Source of the DNA: an uncultured bacterium
GTDB taxonomy: Bacteria; Patescibacteriota; Minisyncoccia; Phycocordibacterales; PALSA-1337
DNA: 45,370 nt
Assembly: GCA_903825415.1 (NCBI GenBank)
Contig: CAIKAN010000014.1
Coordinates: 1 to 45,370, forward strand
Direction: 5' to 3'
The translations under genes and the position numbers were made by a program. The notes beneath the pieces were generated by a model. The model did no database searches. It saw only the letters and a list, made by a program, of their open reading frames with translations, and was not told the origin of the DNA. Of this stretch, positions 18,927-28,192 are shown piece by piece (positions within the stretch are counted from its first letter, which is position 1; every line of letters begins with the position of its first letter).

Positions 18927-20792
18927 ATGAATCGCAATGTTGTAGACCAGATAAAGGCCCGATTGCAGATAGAAGACGTCATCGGCTCCTATGTGAAGCT
19001 CGAGCATGCCGGCAAATCGCTGAAGGCCAAATGCCCGTTTCATAATGAGAAAAGCGCATCCTTTTTCGTTTCACCAGATAGGGGAGGATACTACTGTTTC
19101 GGCTGCGGCGCTAAGGGAGATATTTTCACTTTTGTGGAGCAATTCGAGGGACTAGATTTCCGAGGAGCTTTGAAGGTTCTTGCGGAGAAGGCAGGAGTGC
19201 CATTGGTTTTCGATCAGAAGGCGGATGGAGAGCGAGATAGGCTTTACGCTGTAATGGAGGAAGCGGCTAAATACTTTGAGGCGCAGTTAATTAATTCAAA
19301 AGAGGCAACTGAATATGTGAATGGGCGTGGCATCAATGATTCAACCAAGAAAGAATTTCGAATTGGCTGGGCGCCTGACGCTTGGAGGAATCTTTCTGTT
19401 TACTTGAAAGGAAAAGGATTCAATGAATCAGCGATGGAGAAAGCAGGATTAGTGAAGAAGAAAGAGGTTGAGCAATCCGTTGAGGCGAGAAAGGTCGGAG
19501 AGTCGCCCGATAGGGCGATCTCGTCGACCTTTGTCGCCGATAAAAGGATTGCTCAACCGGTCGCAAGTAATTCTAATTCCAACTGTTATGATCGCTTTCG
19601 AGGAAGAATAATGTTTCCAATCTTCGATTCAAGCGGTCGCGTTATCGCATTCTCTGGGCGGATCTTGAAAGCTGATGATCAGAGTGCTAAATACATTAAT
19701 AGTCCCGATACTCCTTTGTATGATAAATCCCAAGTCCTTTATGGATTGGATAAGGCCAAGAATGAGATCAGGCGCATGAATTATTCCATCTTCGTAGAAG
19801 GGCAGATGGATTTGGTCATGTCACATCAGGCGGGGATAAAGAATACTGTGGCTGCTTCCGGTACGGCTATGGGGGATGAAGTGGCGAATGAAGCGGGAAT
19901 AGTCAGCAATCTCGGTCTTGTTAGAAGGCTTTCTCCTAATGTCATAATCGCCTTCGATTCTGATTCGGCGGGTAAGAAGGCTTCTATGAGAGCTGCGGGC
20001 ATAGCTTTGTCTCTAGGGATGGATGTGAAGATTGCCGAGATCGTTGGCGGTAAAGATCCCGCTGATCTGGTTAAGGTGAATGTAGAGAATTGGAAAACTG
20101 TTTTGAGAAATGCCAAGCCGATAGTCGAATTCGAGCTGAACAATGTTTTGGCTGATAACCCGGATCCGCGTAAATTACCACGCGCTTTGCGAGAACGAGT
20201 TTTCCCATTCTTGGTAAAGATAGATAGCTCCATGGACAAGGCCCATTTCGTGAAGATGATCGCTGATCGGGCCAAGATTACCGAGAGCGCCGTTTGGGAA
20301 GACTTGAAGAAGATGCCGATTTCGGGAGGTCCGACCTCCAGAGCTCCGAGTGATTCGGGAGGTCCGACCTCCAGAAATCAACCAGCCGGCGGCCACATCG
20401 ACCTTGTCTCTCGCCGCATATTCGGCTTGCTCGCTCTGATGGATAAAAAGATCAAGGAAGAAGCCGAAAAATATCGCGAGCTGATGAAAAAGATCGCTGG
20501 TGACCGCTATGAAGATCATGTGAAAAGATCATCTGCGACCATGGTCGACCATGTATTCGAAGCTGAGGCTTTATATGGAGACGATGAGCCTTCATGGCAT
20601 CGCCATATGAAAGAGCTTCTTTTCAATTATGAGATAGATATGATAAATGATGAGCTTGTGAAGACGATGCAGGAATTGAAAGCCGCTGAACACGCCAATG
20701 ATCAAGGTTTGGTCATAGAATTGGCAAAGAAATGCCAGGCATTATCTATCAGGAAAGCGGAAGTGGCGAAGAAAGGAAGGGACGCGCTATAA
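18927..20792 (+). CDS. dnaG: DNA primase
   Basis: CPFHNEK...CFGCG zinc finger, DRFRGRIMFPI, KYINSPDT, FVEGQMD, AFDSDSAG; start ATG 18927. Confidence 0.97.
   Translation: MNRNVVDQIKARLQIEDVIGSYVKLEHAGKSLKAKCPFHNEKSASFFVSPDRGGYYCFGCGAKGDIFTFVEQFEGLDFRGALKVLAEKAGVPLVFDQKADGERDRLYAVMEEAAKYFEAQLINSKEATEYVNGRGINDSTKKEFRIGWAPDAWRNLSVYLKGKGFNESAMEKAGLVKKKEVEQSVEARKVGESPDRAISSTFVADKRIAQPVASNSNSNCYDRFRGRIMFPIFDSSGRVIAFSGRILKADDQSAKYINSPDTPLYDKSQVLYGLDKAKNEIRRMNYSIFVEGQMDLVMSHQAGIKNTVAASGTAMGDEVANEAGIVSNLGLVRRLSPNVIIAFDSDSAGKKASMRAAGIALSLGMDVKIAEIVGGKDPADLVKVNVENWKTVLRNAKPIVEFELNNVLADNPDPRKLPRALRERVFPFLVKIDSSMDKAHFVKMIADRAKITESAVWEDLKKMPISGGPTSRAPSDSGGPTSRNQPAGGHIDLVSRRIFGLLALMDKKIKEEAEKYRELMKKIAGDRYEDHVKRSSATMVDHVFEAEALYGDDEPSWHRHMKELLFNYEIDMINDELVKTMQELKAAEHANDQGLVIELAKKCQALSIRKAEVAKKGRDAL
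19466..19558. repeat. 93-bp palindromic element inserted in frame in dnaG
   Basis: GGTTGAGCAATCC/GGATTGCTCAACC arms with two nested stems. Confidence 0.85.
20325..20372. repeat. Family E palindrome pair (GGAGGTCCGACCTCC x2) inside dnaG
   Basis: 20325-20339 and 20358-20372. Confidence 0.9.
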
Positions 20793-20799
20793 TACTCCC

Positions 20800-21528
20800 A
20801 TGCAGACATACGCCATCCGTTCCAATGCGATGTTCCTCGACCGGCCCTTTCGTGAGTATGTGCTCACGATTAAGGATCTGCCGTCGGAAGAGAAGCCTCG
20901 CGAAAAAATCATAGCTCAGGGTCCCGAATCATTGAGTATTCGAGAGCTTTTGGCTTTAGTATTGATCAATGGGACGGTCAAAGAAGATGTCTTGGAAATG
21001 ACCAATCGCATCATCCGTGAATATGGCGAAAAGAGCATATTATCGGAGAAGAGCGCCGAGAAGCTTTCCAAAGACGTCGATATCCCCATAGTCAAAGCCT
21101 GCCAGATCGTGGCTTGTGGGGAATTGGGCCGTCGCTTCTTTGATCGGAGCCAGAATGGCTTTACGACGATCCGTAGCGCCAAAGACGCGTATGAATATCT
21201 GCAGGATATGCGCAATCTGCCAAAAGAGCATCTTAGAGGCTTGTATCTGAACAGCCACAATAGGGTCATCCGTGATGAAGTCATTTCTATCGGTACCATC
21301 AATTCCAATATGATCCATCCCCGCGAAGTTTTCAGACCAGCCATAGAATCTAACGCTTCCGCCGTAGTCTTGGCGCACAATCATCCTTCGGGAGAAGCTG
21401 TCGCCAGTCCGGAAGATATCGAGATCACCAAGCAGCTCATCCAAGCGGGCAAAATCCTAGGCATCTCCTTGCTCGACCATGTCATCATCACCAAAGATGC
21501 TTTTTCAAGCATCGAAGCGAACTATTAA
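20800..21528 (+). CDS. radC: RadC-like JAB domain protein
   Basis: EKPREK, HPREVF, LAHNHPSG, SPEDI, LLDHVII. Confidence 0.95.
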   Translation: MQTYAIRSNAMFLDRPFREYVLTIKDLPSEEKPREKIIAQGPESLSIRELLALVLINGTVKEDVLEMTNRIIREYGEKSILSEKSAEKLSKDVDIPIVKACQIVACGELGRRFFDRSQNGFTTIRSAKDAYEYLQDMRNLPKEHLRGLYLNSHNRVIRDEVISIGTINSNMIHPREVFRPAIESNASAVVLAHNHPSGEAVASPEDIEITKQLIQAGKILGISLLDHVIITKDAFSSIEANY

Positions 21529-21591
21529 GCAGTTGAAGGAATTTTAACTTAAATATAGACATTGAAGTTCTAGCGGGGTGATATCTCCTAG

Positions 21592-21800
21592 AATTTTCAA
21601 TTTACAAATTCCAATTTACAATGAATTTACAATGTTCAAATTATCAACTATCAGATACGGGTATGTATCCTGTTTGAAAATTTCTCAATTGAAAATTCAT
21701 TGTAAATTGGAATTTGCCTGCCCTGCGAAGCTCCGAGGTAACTTGTGGTGAGCTAGTCGAACCACGAGGAGCGAAGTAGGGAAAATTGAAAATTCATGTA
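21592..21800. repeat. Family A element, copy 3, with nested G element (21717-21781) that itself holds a hairpin (21742-21768)
   Basis: Right arm interrupted at gaatttg|aaaatt by a 65-bp GC-rich insert. Confidence 0.9.
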
Positions 21801-21862
21801 AATATCTTCTCGAAAAGAATCATATCTTTGTGTTTAGTTAGAATCCTTCAATCTCCAAAACA

Positions 21863-22180
21863 ATGTTACGCGATTACACTATCACCTCGCCGTCTTTGTG
21901 CGGCATTCTTAGCCATGAATTAGTAGAGTATAATAATCTCCGCAGGCCGGAGAATATAGAGAGGATATTCGATCGGCCGTCAAAACATAGACTTACTGAA
22001 GAAGAAAGCACGACAAGGCGCAAAGCCCTTGAAGAATACTTCCATGACCTATACGGCATCCTTATGAAAGAGATCTCCGAATTTTCGATCGCCGCTGAAG
22101 CTCTACCGGATAAAGCAGTTAGATTGCAGGCCATATTACAGGAGTTCGTTAAGGTGAAGGGACTGCTTACTGAGAAGTGA
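21863..22180 (+). CDS. Hypothetical helical protein
   Basis: 105-aa ORF between A and B elements. Confidence 0.55.
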   Translation: MLRDYTITSPSLCGILSHELVEYNNLRRPENIERIFDRPSKHRLTEEESTTRRKALEEYFHDLYGILMKEISEFSIAAEALPDKAVRLQAILQEFVKVKGLLTEK

Positions 22181-22194
22181 GATAGTAGGGCCTG

Positions 22195-22267
22195 GCCACT
22201 AGTGATTAGCCACTAGTATCTTGCTGCTGACGTTCACTAGTGGCTAAACCCTAGTGGCTAGTCGCTT
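22195..22267. repeat. Family B heptamer palindrome, copy 2
   Basis: CCACTAG TGATTAG CCACTAG ... CTAGTGG CTAAACC CTAGTGG CTAGTCG. Confidence 0.9.
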
Positions 22268-22308
22268 TGCCATTTCTGGATTTCCGCCTTTTGCTCTATA
22301 ATACCCTC

Positions 22309-23640
22309 ATGACTTCCCGTGACTATTTCAAAGGCAAAAGGATAGCGATGATAGGCTTAGGCCCTCATGGAGAAATGATCGACGATGCTCGATTTCTGAT
22401 TAAGAGCGGGGCGTTATTGTCTATATATGATCTTCGCAGCGAAGCCAGGCTGAAAAGCCATTTGGTCTTTTTAAGATCGGTCGGATTGGCCAATTATGTC
22501 TGCGGATCTATCCCAGCCGATGATCTGCTCGACATGGATATGATCATCCTATCGCATGAATATCCTCGCAATTCGCTATTTCTCAAACAAGCCCAAGAAA
22601 AGGGCGTGACTATCGAATACCCCGAGACTCTATTTTTCAAGCTTTCACCGCCTCTGACCTTGGTGGGAGTGATGGGATCTTGTGGTAAAGCAACCGTGCT
22701 CTCTATGCTTGCTCCTCTCCTCGAGTCTGTATGCGAATCACCGTCTGATCATGAGGCTCCTGCCCAGTCATGCTTTGTCGTAGACCCAGAGGCTAGGGGA
22801 GGCATCCTCTCTTTCCTGAAAAAAGCCCGAAATGGGGATATCATGCTCATGCGCATGACGGGGCTTATGATGAAAGAGCTCTATGGCATGAGGATCAGCC
22901 CTCAAGTGTCCGTCTTCACTACTGTGCCGTCTCCGGCGATGTACGATGAATCGCCGTTCGAGATATTGTCATATCAGACTTATAACAATTTCATAGTCGC
23001 GAGCGATGAGGTCATCGACGCGACTCGAGTATACAAGTTCGATAGCAAGGCCAAGATGCTGCGAACCAAGGCCACGATGGTTCCCTCAGAATGGGATTTC
23101 AAAGGGCGCTCTCATGATCGTGATAATGCCGCTTTGGCGCTTCAAGTAGCTAGGCTCTTCAAGGTGCCTGAAGAGAAGATCCAGGAGATCCTCGAGGCTT
23201 GGAAGCCTCTCAAGGGCAGATTGGAATTGGTGAAAAAGATCAAGAGCACGGAGTTTTATAACGATACAGCTTCAGTTTCTCCAGACGCGACGATCGCGGG
23301 GATGAGATCTCTCTCGACCGATAAAGATCTGGTTTTGATATTTGGTGGTGCTCAGAGCGGGTCTGATTACAAGGCATTCAGCGAAGTTTTGCCGAAGTAT
23401 GCGCATACCATGATCCTTTTACCTGGCAGCGGCACTATCCGGCATAGGAAGATGCTGCAAGGCCTAGATGGAATGGAGGTATTGTCAGTGCCATCGATCG
23501 AAGAAGCTGTGCTTTTGGCTCGGGAGAAGATCCATACTGGAGACAAGGTCCTATTCAGCCCAGGCTTTGATGCCGGTGGATTTGATGTTTCCAGAAAAGA
23601 GAGAGGAGAGAGGTTTGTGAGAGCGGTGAGATCGTTGTAA
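22309..23640 (+). CDS. MurD-like Mur ligase with degenerate active-site motifs
   Basis: FKGKRIAMIGLG, GSCGKATV, GRLELV, FYNDTAS, VLIFGG, VLFSPG; start ATG 22309. Confidence 0.85.
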   Translation: MTSRDYFKGKRIAMIGLGPHGEMIDDARFLIKSGALLSIYDLRSEARLKSHLVFLRSVGLANYVCGSIPADDLLDMDMIILSHEYPRNSLFLKQAQEKGVTIEYPETLFFKLSPPLTLVGVMGSCGKATVLSMLAPLLESVCESPSDHEAPAQSCFVVDPEARGGILSFLKKARNGDIMLMRMTGLMMKELYGMRISPQVSVFTTVPSPAMYDESPFEILSYQTYNNFIVASDEVIDATRVYKFDSKAKMLRTKATMVPSEWDFKGRSHDRDNAALALQVARLFKVPEEKIQEILEAWKPLKGRLELVKKIKSTEFYNDTASVSPDATIAGMRSLSTDKDLVLIFGGAQSGSDYKAFSEVLPKYAHTMILLPGSGTIRHRKMLQGLDGMEVLSVPSIEEAVLLAREKIHTGDKVLFSPGFDAGGFDVSRKERGERFVRAVRSL

Positions 23641-23648
23641 TGTAAAGT

Positions 23649-23760
23649 CGAATCACGTTAGCCGCGACCGTCGCAGGCAGCGACAAGTGGCGACTTTCGC
23701 GTAGCGAAGCGGAGCGAAACGAAGGCACTTGTCGTGCCGAGGAGGGAGCGAGGTAGTTTT
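23649..23760 (+). repeat. Family C structured element, copy 1
   Basis: Near-identical to the reverse complement of 44784-44896. Confidence 0.93.
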
Positions 23761-23765
23761 TCAAA

Positions 23766-24641
23766 TCAATCTCCGCATACCAAACACACCACCGCCCCCT
23801 CGATCTCATATCCCATATATACTGCCTGCATAGCTCCGACGATGGAGAGCGCGCTATTGTTCGATATTTGAAGATCGGTATGCTCTCCGACCAATTCAAG
23901 GGCTGCTTGGATATTCTCATTTGTTGCGCACCAAGCTTGACCGCCCGTTTTCTCTATCAAGGGAACAAGCATGTCTTTACGAAAAGCCGTCTGGTCTACT
24001 ATAGCGTCAGCGATCGATCTTTCGTCTGGAATATCGAATGTTTCGAAAGCATCAGCGATCTTGTGGCAAGAAGAGGTTTGAACGATATGCACTTGGGTCT
24101 TTAGTTTATTCTTCAGGAAATAGTCAGCCAGAGCTTGCGCCGTGGTCCCTGAAGATGTGCCTATGAAGACGGCTCCTAAGTTTTTTATCTCACATAATTC
24201 TTGCGCCAGTGATTCATATCCGATCAGGGCTAGGTCATCTGTAGATTGTCGCAAGCTCCGACAGCCTTCATTCGCCGCTTGAGTCAAGGCTTGAAGAGGC
24301 CGCTCTTTGGTAAGCACGCGTACATCGTCGTCCGTCAGTTTCATCAGCTTATCTTTCTTGTGCGGAGAGATATTATTCCCCACGAAGATGTCGAGAGTGA
24401 TAGGGGAATCCGCGCAGCTAGCATTTAGTTTATTTATGTACAAAGCGGCGGCCAAGGCTGCATTTCCTGAAGATGAAATGGCGAATCGTCGATCGCCATT
24501 CTTGATATAATGATCGATCATCACGGGAATAGATCGTCCCTTATGAGAGCCATACGGATGGAGGTCCTCGCGTTTGAAATATAGGTCAGACAGACCGATA
24601 GCTTTGCCTAATTCATCATGTTTTTCATGCGGAGTGATCAT
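23766..24641 (-). CDS. PLP-dependent fold-type II enzyme (threonine synthase-like)
   Basis: LYFKREDLHPYGSHKGR, SSSGNAALA, GTSSGTT. Confidence 0.9.
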   Translation of the reverse strand: MITPHEKHDELGKAIGLSDLYFKREDLHPYGSHKGRSIPVMIDHYIKNGDRRFAISSSGNAALAAALYINKLNASCADSPITLDIFVGNNISPHKKDKLMKLTDDDVRVLTKERPLQALTQAANEGCRSLRQSTDDLALIGYESLAQELCEIKNLGAVFIGTSSGTTAQALADYFLKNKLKTQVHIVQTSSCHKIADAFETFDIPDERSIADAIVDQTAFRKDMLVPLIEKTGGQAWCATNENIQAALELVGEHTDLQISNNSALSIVGAMQAVYMGYEIEGAVVCLVCGD

Positions 24642-24692
24642 GTGTATAGTCTACAGCCTAGTCCACAGGCTGGCAACGCTGCGGTTTTTTTG

Positions 24693-24826
24693 CTAAGATT
24701 CATGAGACTTAAGCATGCGGCATTTCTTCGTTGCTTCGCTCGTTTGCTCCCGCACTGTATTTACAATACAGTTTGGTCGCAAGCCTCGCTCGCGCCTCGA
24801 ACTGCATCCAAGTGTGTAAGTCCTAG
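24693..24826. repeat. Imperfect palindromic element (H)
   Basis: Central actgtat-ttaca-atacagt hairpin with flanking imperfect arms; GCTTCGC motif. Confidence 0.6.
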
Positions 24827-24858
24827 AAATTAATTTCCCCAAAATGATCCAAGATAAT

Positions 24859-25038
24859 ATGAAAAAACCGAATATGCTCTGTGTTTGCCCGGAATGCAAG
24901 AATGTCATAGACCTTTCTCGGTATCCTACTATCACCCCAGGAATGGTCATAGAATGCAATCACTGCGGTATGACCTTGCTCATCAAAGGATTTGATGGAG
25001 ATAATGTGAAGACGGAGATTGTGGATGAAGGGAAGTAG
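24859..25038 (+). CDS. LysW-like zinc-ribbon carrier protein
   Basis: CPEC...GMVIECNHCGMTL...; C-terminus DEGK instead of EDWGE. Confidence 0.75.
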   Translation: MKKPNMLCVCPECKNVIDLSRYPTITPGMVIECNHCGMTLLIKGFDGDNVKTEIVDEGK

Positions 25039-25045
25039 GCGAAGT

Positions 25046-25204
25046 GTCATTTACACGAATTTTCAATTTTCAAATTCCAATTTTCAATCAATGTTCAATG
25101 ATCAAATTCTCAATTGACGCATCTATTAGCGATCGCTTGAAAATTCATTCATTGTAAATTCATTGAAAATTGGAATTTGAAAATTGAAAATTCGTGTAAA
25201 TGAC
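25046..25204. repeat. Family A element, copy 4 (43-bp perfect terminal IR)
   Basis: gtcatttacacgaattttcaattttcaaattccaattttcaat and its exact reverse complement. Confidence 0.95.
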
Positions 25205-25205
25205 G

Positions 25206-26645
25206 TCAAGAGATGATATTTATAGTTTCCTCAATCATCCCTCTGAATCCATGCGATCCTAGAAAGGCGATCACGTCGCCTTTTTCCGAATTGGCTTTGA
25301 GAAAGCTCACAACCTCCTCATCATTTTCAATGAAATGGACATTAGAGTGAGTCTTTTTTATTATAGCGGCTAGCTCTTCTCCTTCTATCGGCTTTTCTGA
25401 ATCATCACTTGCCGCTTTTAATTTCGTGAGCCTCGGTATCACTAAAATGTCCGCATCTTTGAAGGCGCCGTTATATTTACCGACCGACTCTCTGCTTCGG
25501 CCGCCGCTATTTGGTTCAAACACACAGATAATCTTTCCTTGGTATATGGCCTGAAGAGTCGCGAGGACTGAAGAGGCTTTTTCAGGGGAATGGGCGATAT
25601 CGTCTATTATGGTCACGCCTTTCTTGGTGACATCTCCGTCGGCTCGCTTTTCTAGCCTCCTTTTTAGCCCGTTGAATTCAGAGATAGCCTCGACAATGGA
25701 GTCTGAATTGATGCCAAGCTTATGGGCCATGGCGAAGCAACCAGCTATATTCTCAGCTTGGAAAGAGCCGAGCATCGGAGAGCGCACTGTATAATTGACC
25801 CCTTCACACGAGATATTGAATTCAAGGCCGCGACTAGACTGGATCACATTGCCATAGCTGCAATAGAGCTTGGTTCCGTCATCTCTGGCCTTCCCGTAGA
25901 AGGCTTTGTCACCTCTGAATATATTCATAAGCCTCATGACTGCGGCGTTGTCCGCACATCCGACAATGAAGCCTTTGTCTGGTACCATTTCGAATAGCTT
26001 CTCAAAAGCATTGAAATAATCTTTTTCCGTTGGGTATAGATCGGCATGATCCCATGATATGGCGCTCAGCAATAGGTGAGTGGGTTTGTAATAGAAAAAC
26101 TTGGCCCTAGGATCAGTGGGCGAGCTCTTGTATTCATCGCCTTCGAAGACGCTCCAAGTGCTGTTCGTCAGTCTTGCCGAAGAATCATGAGAGAGAGATA
26201 CTCCACCGAACATATATGTCGGATCAAGGCCGGCTTTGATCATGATGAATGACAGAAGCGCTGAAGAAGAAGTCTTGCCCCACGTCCCAGCGCAGACTAT
26301 AGAATTTTCCCTAGCGAAGTATTTGCCTATAGCTTCAGCGAAAGAGTAGATTGGAATACCATTCTCCTTGGCATAGGTAGTCTCGGGATTTTGGCTGCCG
26401 GAAGCTGTGCCGACTATGACTATATCCGGCACGCCTTTCTCGACCATCTTCTCCACATGCCAGCCCGCATAGAAGTCTATCTGGTGCTTCTCCAATTCGA
26501 TAGAAATAGGAGGGAAGAAGCCTTTGTCGCTGCCGCTTACGGCTATGCCTATATCGTGAAAGGCTATGGCTAGTGCGCTGGTGGCTACGCCGCAAATGCC
26601 TATGACATGGACTCTTTTTGGCAATTCTTGTGCGGTTGCATTCAT
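25206..26645 (-). CDS. mpl: Mpl/MurC-family ligase (most like murein peptide ligase Mpl)
   Basis: HVIGICG, DKGFFPPIS, AGTWGKTSS, EGDEY, WDHADLY, DDIAHSP, FEPNS. Confidence 0.8.
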   Translation of the reverse strand: MNATAQELPKRVHVIGICGVATSALAIAFHDIGIAVSGSDKGFFPPISIELEKHQIDFYAGWHVEKMVEKGVPDIVIVGTASGSQNPETTYAKENGIPIYSFAEAIGKYFARENSIVCAGTWGKTSSSALLSFIMIKAGLDPTYMFGGVSLSHDSSARLTNSTWSVFEGDEYKSSPTDPRAKFFYYKPTHLLLSAISWDHADLYPTEKDYFNAFEKLFEMVPDKGFIVGCADNAAVMRLMNIFRGDKAFYGKARDDGTKLYCSYGNVIQSSRGLEFNISCEGVNYTVRSPMLGSFQAENIAGCFAMAHKLGINSDSIVEAISEFNGLKRRLEKRADGDVTKKGVTIIDDIAHSPEKASSVLATLQAIYQGKIICVFEPNSGGRSRESVGKYNGAFKDADILVIPRLTKLKAASDDSEKPIEGEELAAIIKKTHSNVHFIENDEEVVSFLKANSEKGDVIAFLGSHGFRGMIEETINIIS

Positions 26646-26705
26646 GGTCTGTTTAGTATAGCGTAATGGCAGAAACCTTCAAAATCATTTTTTTGTTTGT
26701 GATTT

Positions 26706-27416
26706 ATGAGTACATCAAATTGTAGTGGGATCCCGAGGTATCCCCAAGCGCCGGAAAAACTGAGCGATGCCGCTATCACAGCTCTTACAGAGCTCTGCTT
26801 CGGCGACCAAAGTTCGATCATAGGGCCTTTGACAGCAGAAGCTGCTGTAGTGTTCGGCACGTCGAACATTGGGCATTTGTACGCGATCTCGTTGATGATC
26901 GCTGACCTTATCCGGCGCACTGGGCTGCGGATAGTGTATCTTACTGGTGGAACCATCCATGGTGACGTGACGCAGTCAGAGCTGCTACAACACACGATCG
27001 GTGCGGATGGCTATGCGACTGTTAAATTCAGGACGGATCGCATTTCACTGACTACTCTTGGTAACGTTCGGTCCGCCGTTCTTCAGGGCTTGTTTGGTTA
27101 CGCAAACGTGGTATTCATCACAAAACACAGCCATTGTGGCAGGGCAAGGATGACGCTCGAGAGATATCTTGGTCCTAAGCGACATAAACTATTCCAGGCA
27201 GGCTACGCGCAGATCATTCCCGGAGTTCCGGGCCTGATGAAACCGGATAATTGGACCAGACACCAGAAATGGATAGAGAGAGTTTGGGGAGAATTCTTGA
27301 GGATCAGGGAATACGGCCTCAGGGGTGACATCTTCTATACAGATGAAACTGCCGAGCTGGTCGGTAAGATCGAAACGCTAACCGGCACAGCAACGGCAGA
27401 GCCTGTGACTGCCTGA
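26706..27416 (+). CDS. Divergent YdcF/ElyC (DUF218)-like protein
   Basis: VVFGT, YLTGG, SLTTLGNV, FITKHSHCGRA, W...ERVWGEFLRIREY. Confidence 0.7.
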   Translation: MSTSNCSGIPRYPQAPEKLSDAAITALTELCFGDQSSIIGPLTAEAAVVFGTSNIGHLYAISLMIADLIRRTGLRIVYLTGGTIHGDVTQSELLQHTIGADGYATVKFRTDRISLTTLGNVRSAVLQGLFGYANVVFITKHSHCGRARMTLERYLGPKRHKLFQAGYAQIIPGVPGLMKPDNWTRHQKWIERVWGEFLRIREYGLRGDIFYTDETAELVGKIETLTGTATAEPVTA

Positions 27417-27448
27417 TCAAAATGGTTAATGATGAGATGAGCACGCGA

Positions 27449-27478
27449 GCGCGCTTCTTCGGAGGCGCGCTGTTTTTT
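27449..27478 (+). terminator. Intrinsic terminator
   Basis: gcgcgcttc-ttcg-gaggcgcgc-tgtttttt. Confidence 0.85.
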
Positions 27479-27547
27479 ACTATTAAATGATTGATTCATG
27501 AAGCAGAGACTCCTCCTTTTTCAAAGGGGGAATCCGCGCGGTCGGCA

Positions 27548-28192
27548 TTAGTTAGATAGAATAACCTTAACCTTCTCGATATCATCCACCCACCTCTCGC
27601 CATCGAACCATTCAAGGCCTTCGAATTGCAGCTTATAAGTATCAGTCGGTCTTTGAAGGGAACCAAGATAGACATAAGAGAGCCCTCTTTCCTTGGATTC
27701 ATCCAAAACCTTCGTCATCATTATGAGCCCCATATCTTTTGGCGAAGCTTCCAATTCATAGAAAGGGTATGAATAATGGAGCATATTCTGGGTTTCGTAG
27801 CAGATGGCATATCCTTTGGCGATGCCATCTTCCTTGAATGAAAGAAGAGCGTTGAAATTCTGATCGGATGTCAGGAGCTCCTTGATCTTATTGGCTGAGA
27901 ACGCCCCGCCGAATTTCTTGCCATAGAAATCTTTGGCGATCTTGCCGATCTCCCATGTATAATCGGCGTATGGTATGGCAGAATGCTCTATCGAGATCGA
28001 TTCGCCTTTTCTGAGTATGCGACGATTCTCGCTGGAAGGCTTGAATCTTGAGAGATCGATGCGCACGCTCCTGGTCTGTTGCATGACTCCTTTTCCAAGT
28101 CTAGTGAAGACATATCCGTGGCCGTACATTTCAGTGACAGAATGGTGAGATGAATCGGCGATAATTTTTTGATCCCAATGTAGGTATTTCAT
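27548..28192 (-). CDS. ATE/Bpt-like aminoacyl-tRNA-dependent transferase (GNAT-like)
   Basis: RIDLSRFKPSSENRRILRK; YPFYE...MGL...GLSYVYLG...YKLQF. Confidence 0.75.
   Translation of the reverse strand: MKYLHWDQKIIADSSHHSVTEMYGHGYVFTRLGKGVMQQTRSVRIDLSRFKPSSENRRILRKGESISIEHSAIPYADYTWEIGKIAKDFYGKKFGGAFSANKIKELLTSDQNFNALLSFKEDGIAKGYAICYETQNMLHYSYPFYELEASPKDMGLIMMTKVLDESKERGLSYVYLGSLQRPTDTYKLQFEGLEWFDGERWVDDIEKVKVILSN

Noticed and set aside
19466-19558. Intein or intron in dnaG
   Set aside because: Too short, with no Cys/Ser...His-Asn intein ends or group I/II intron features
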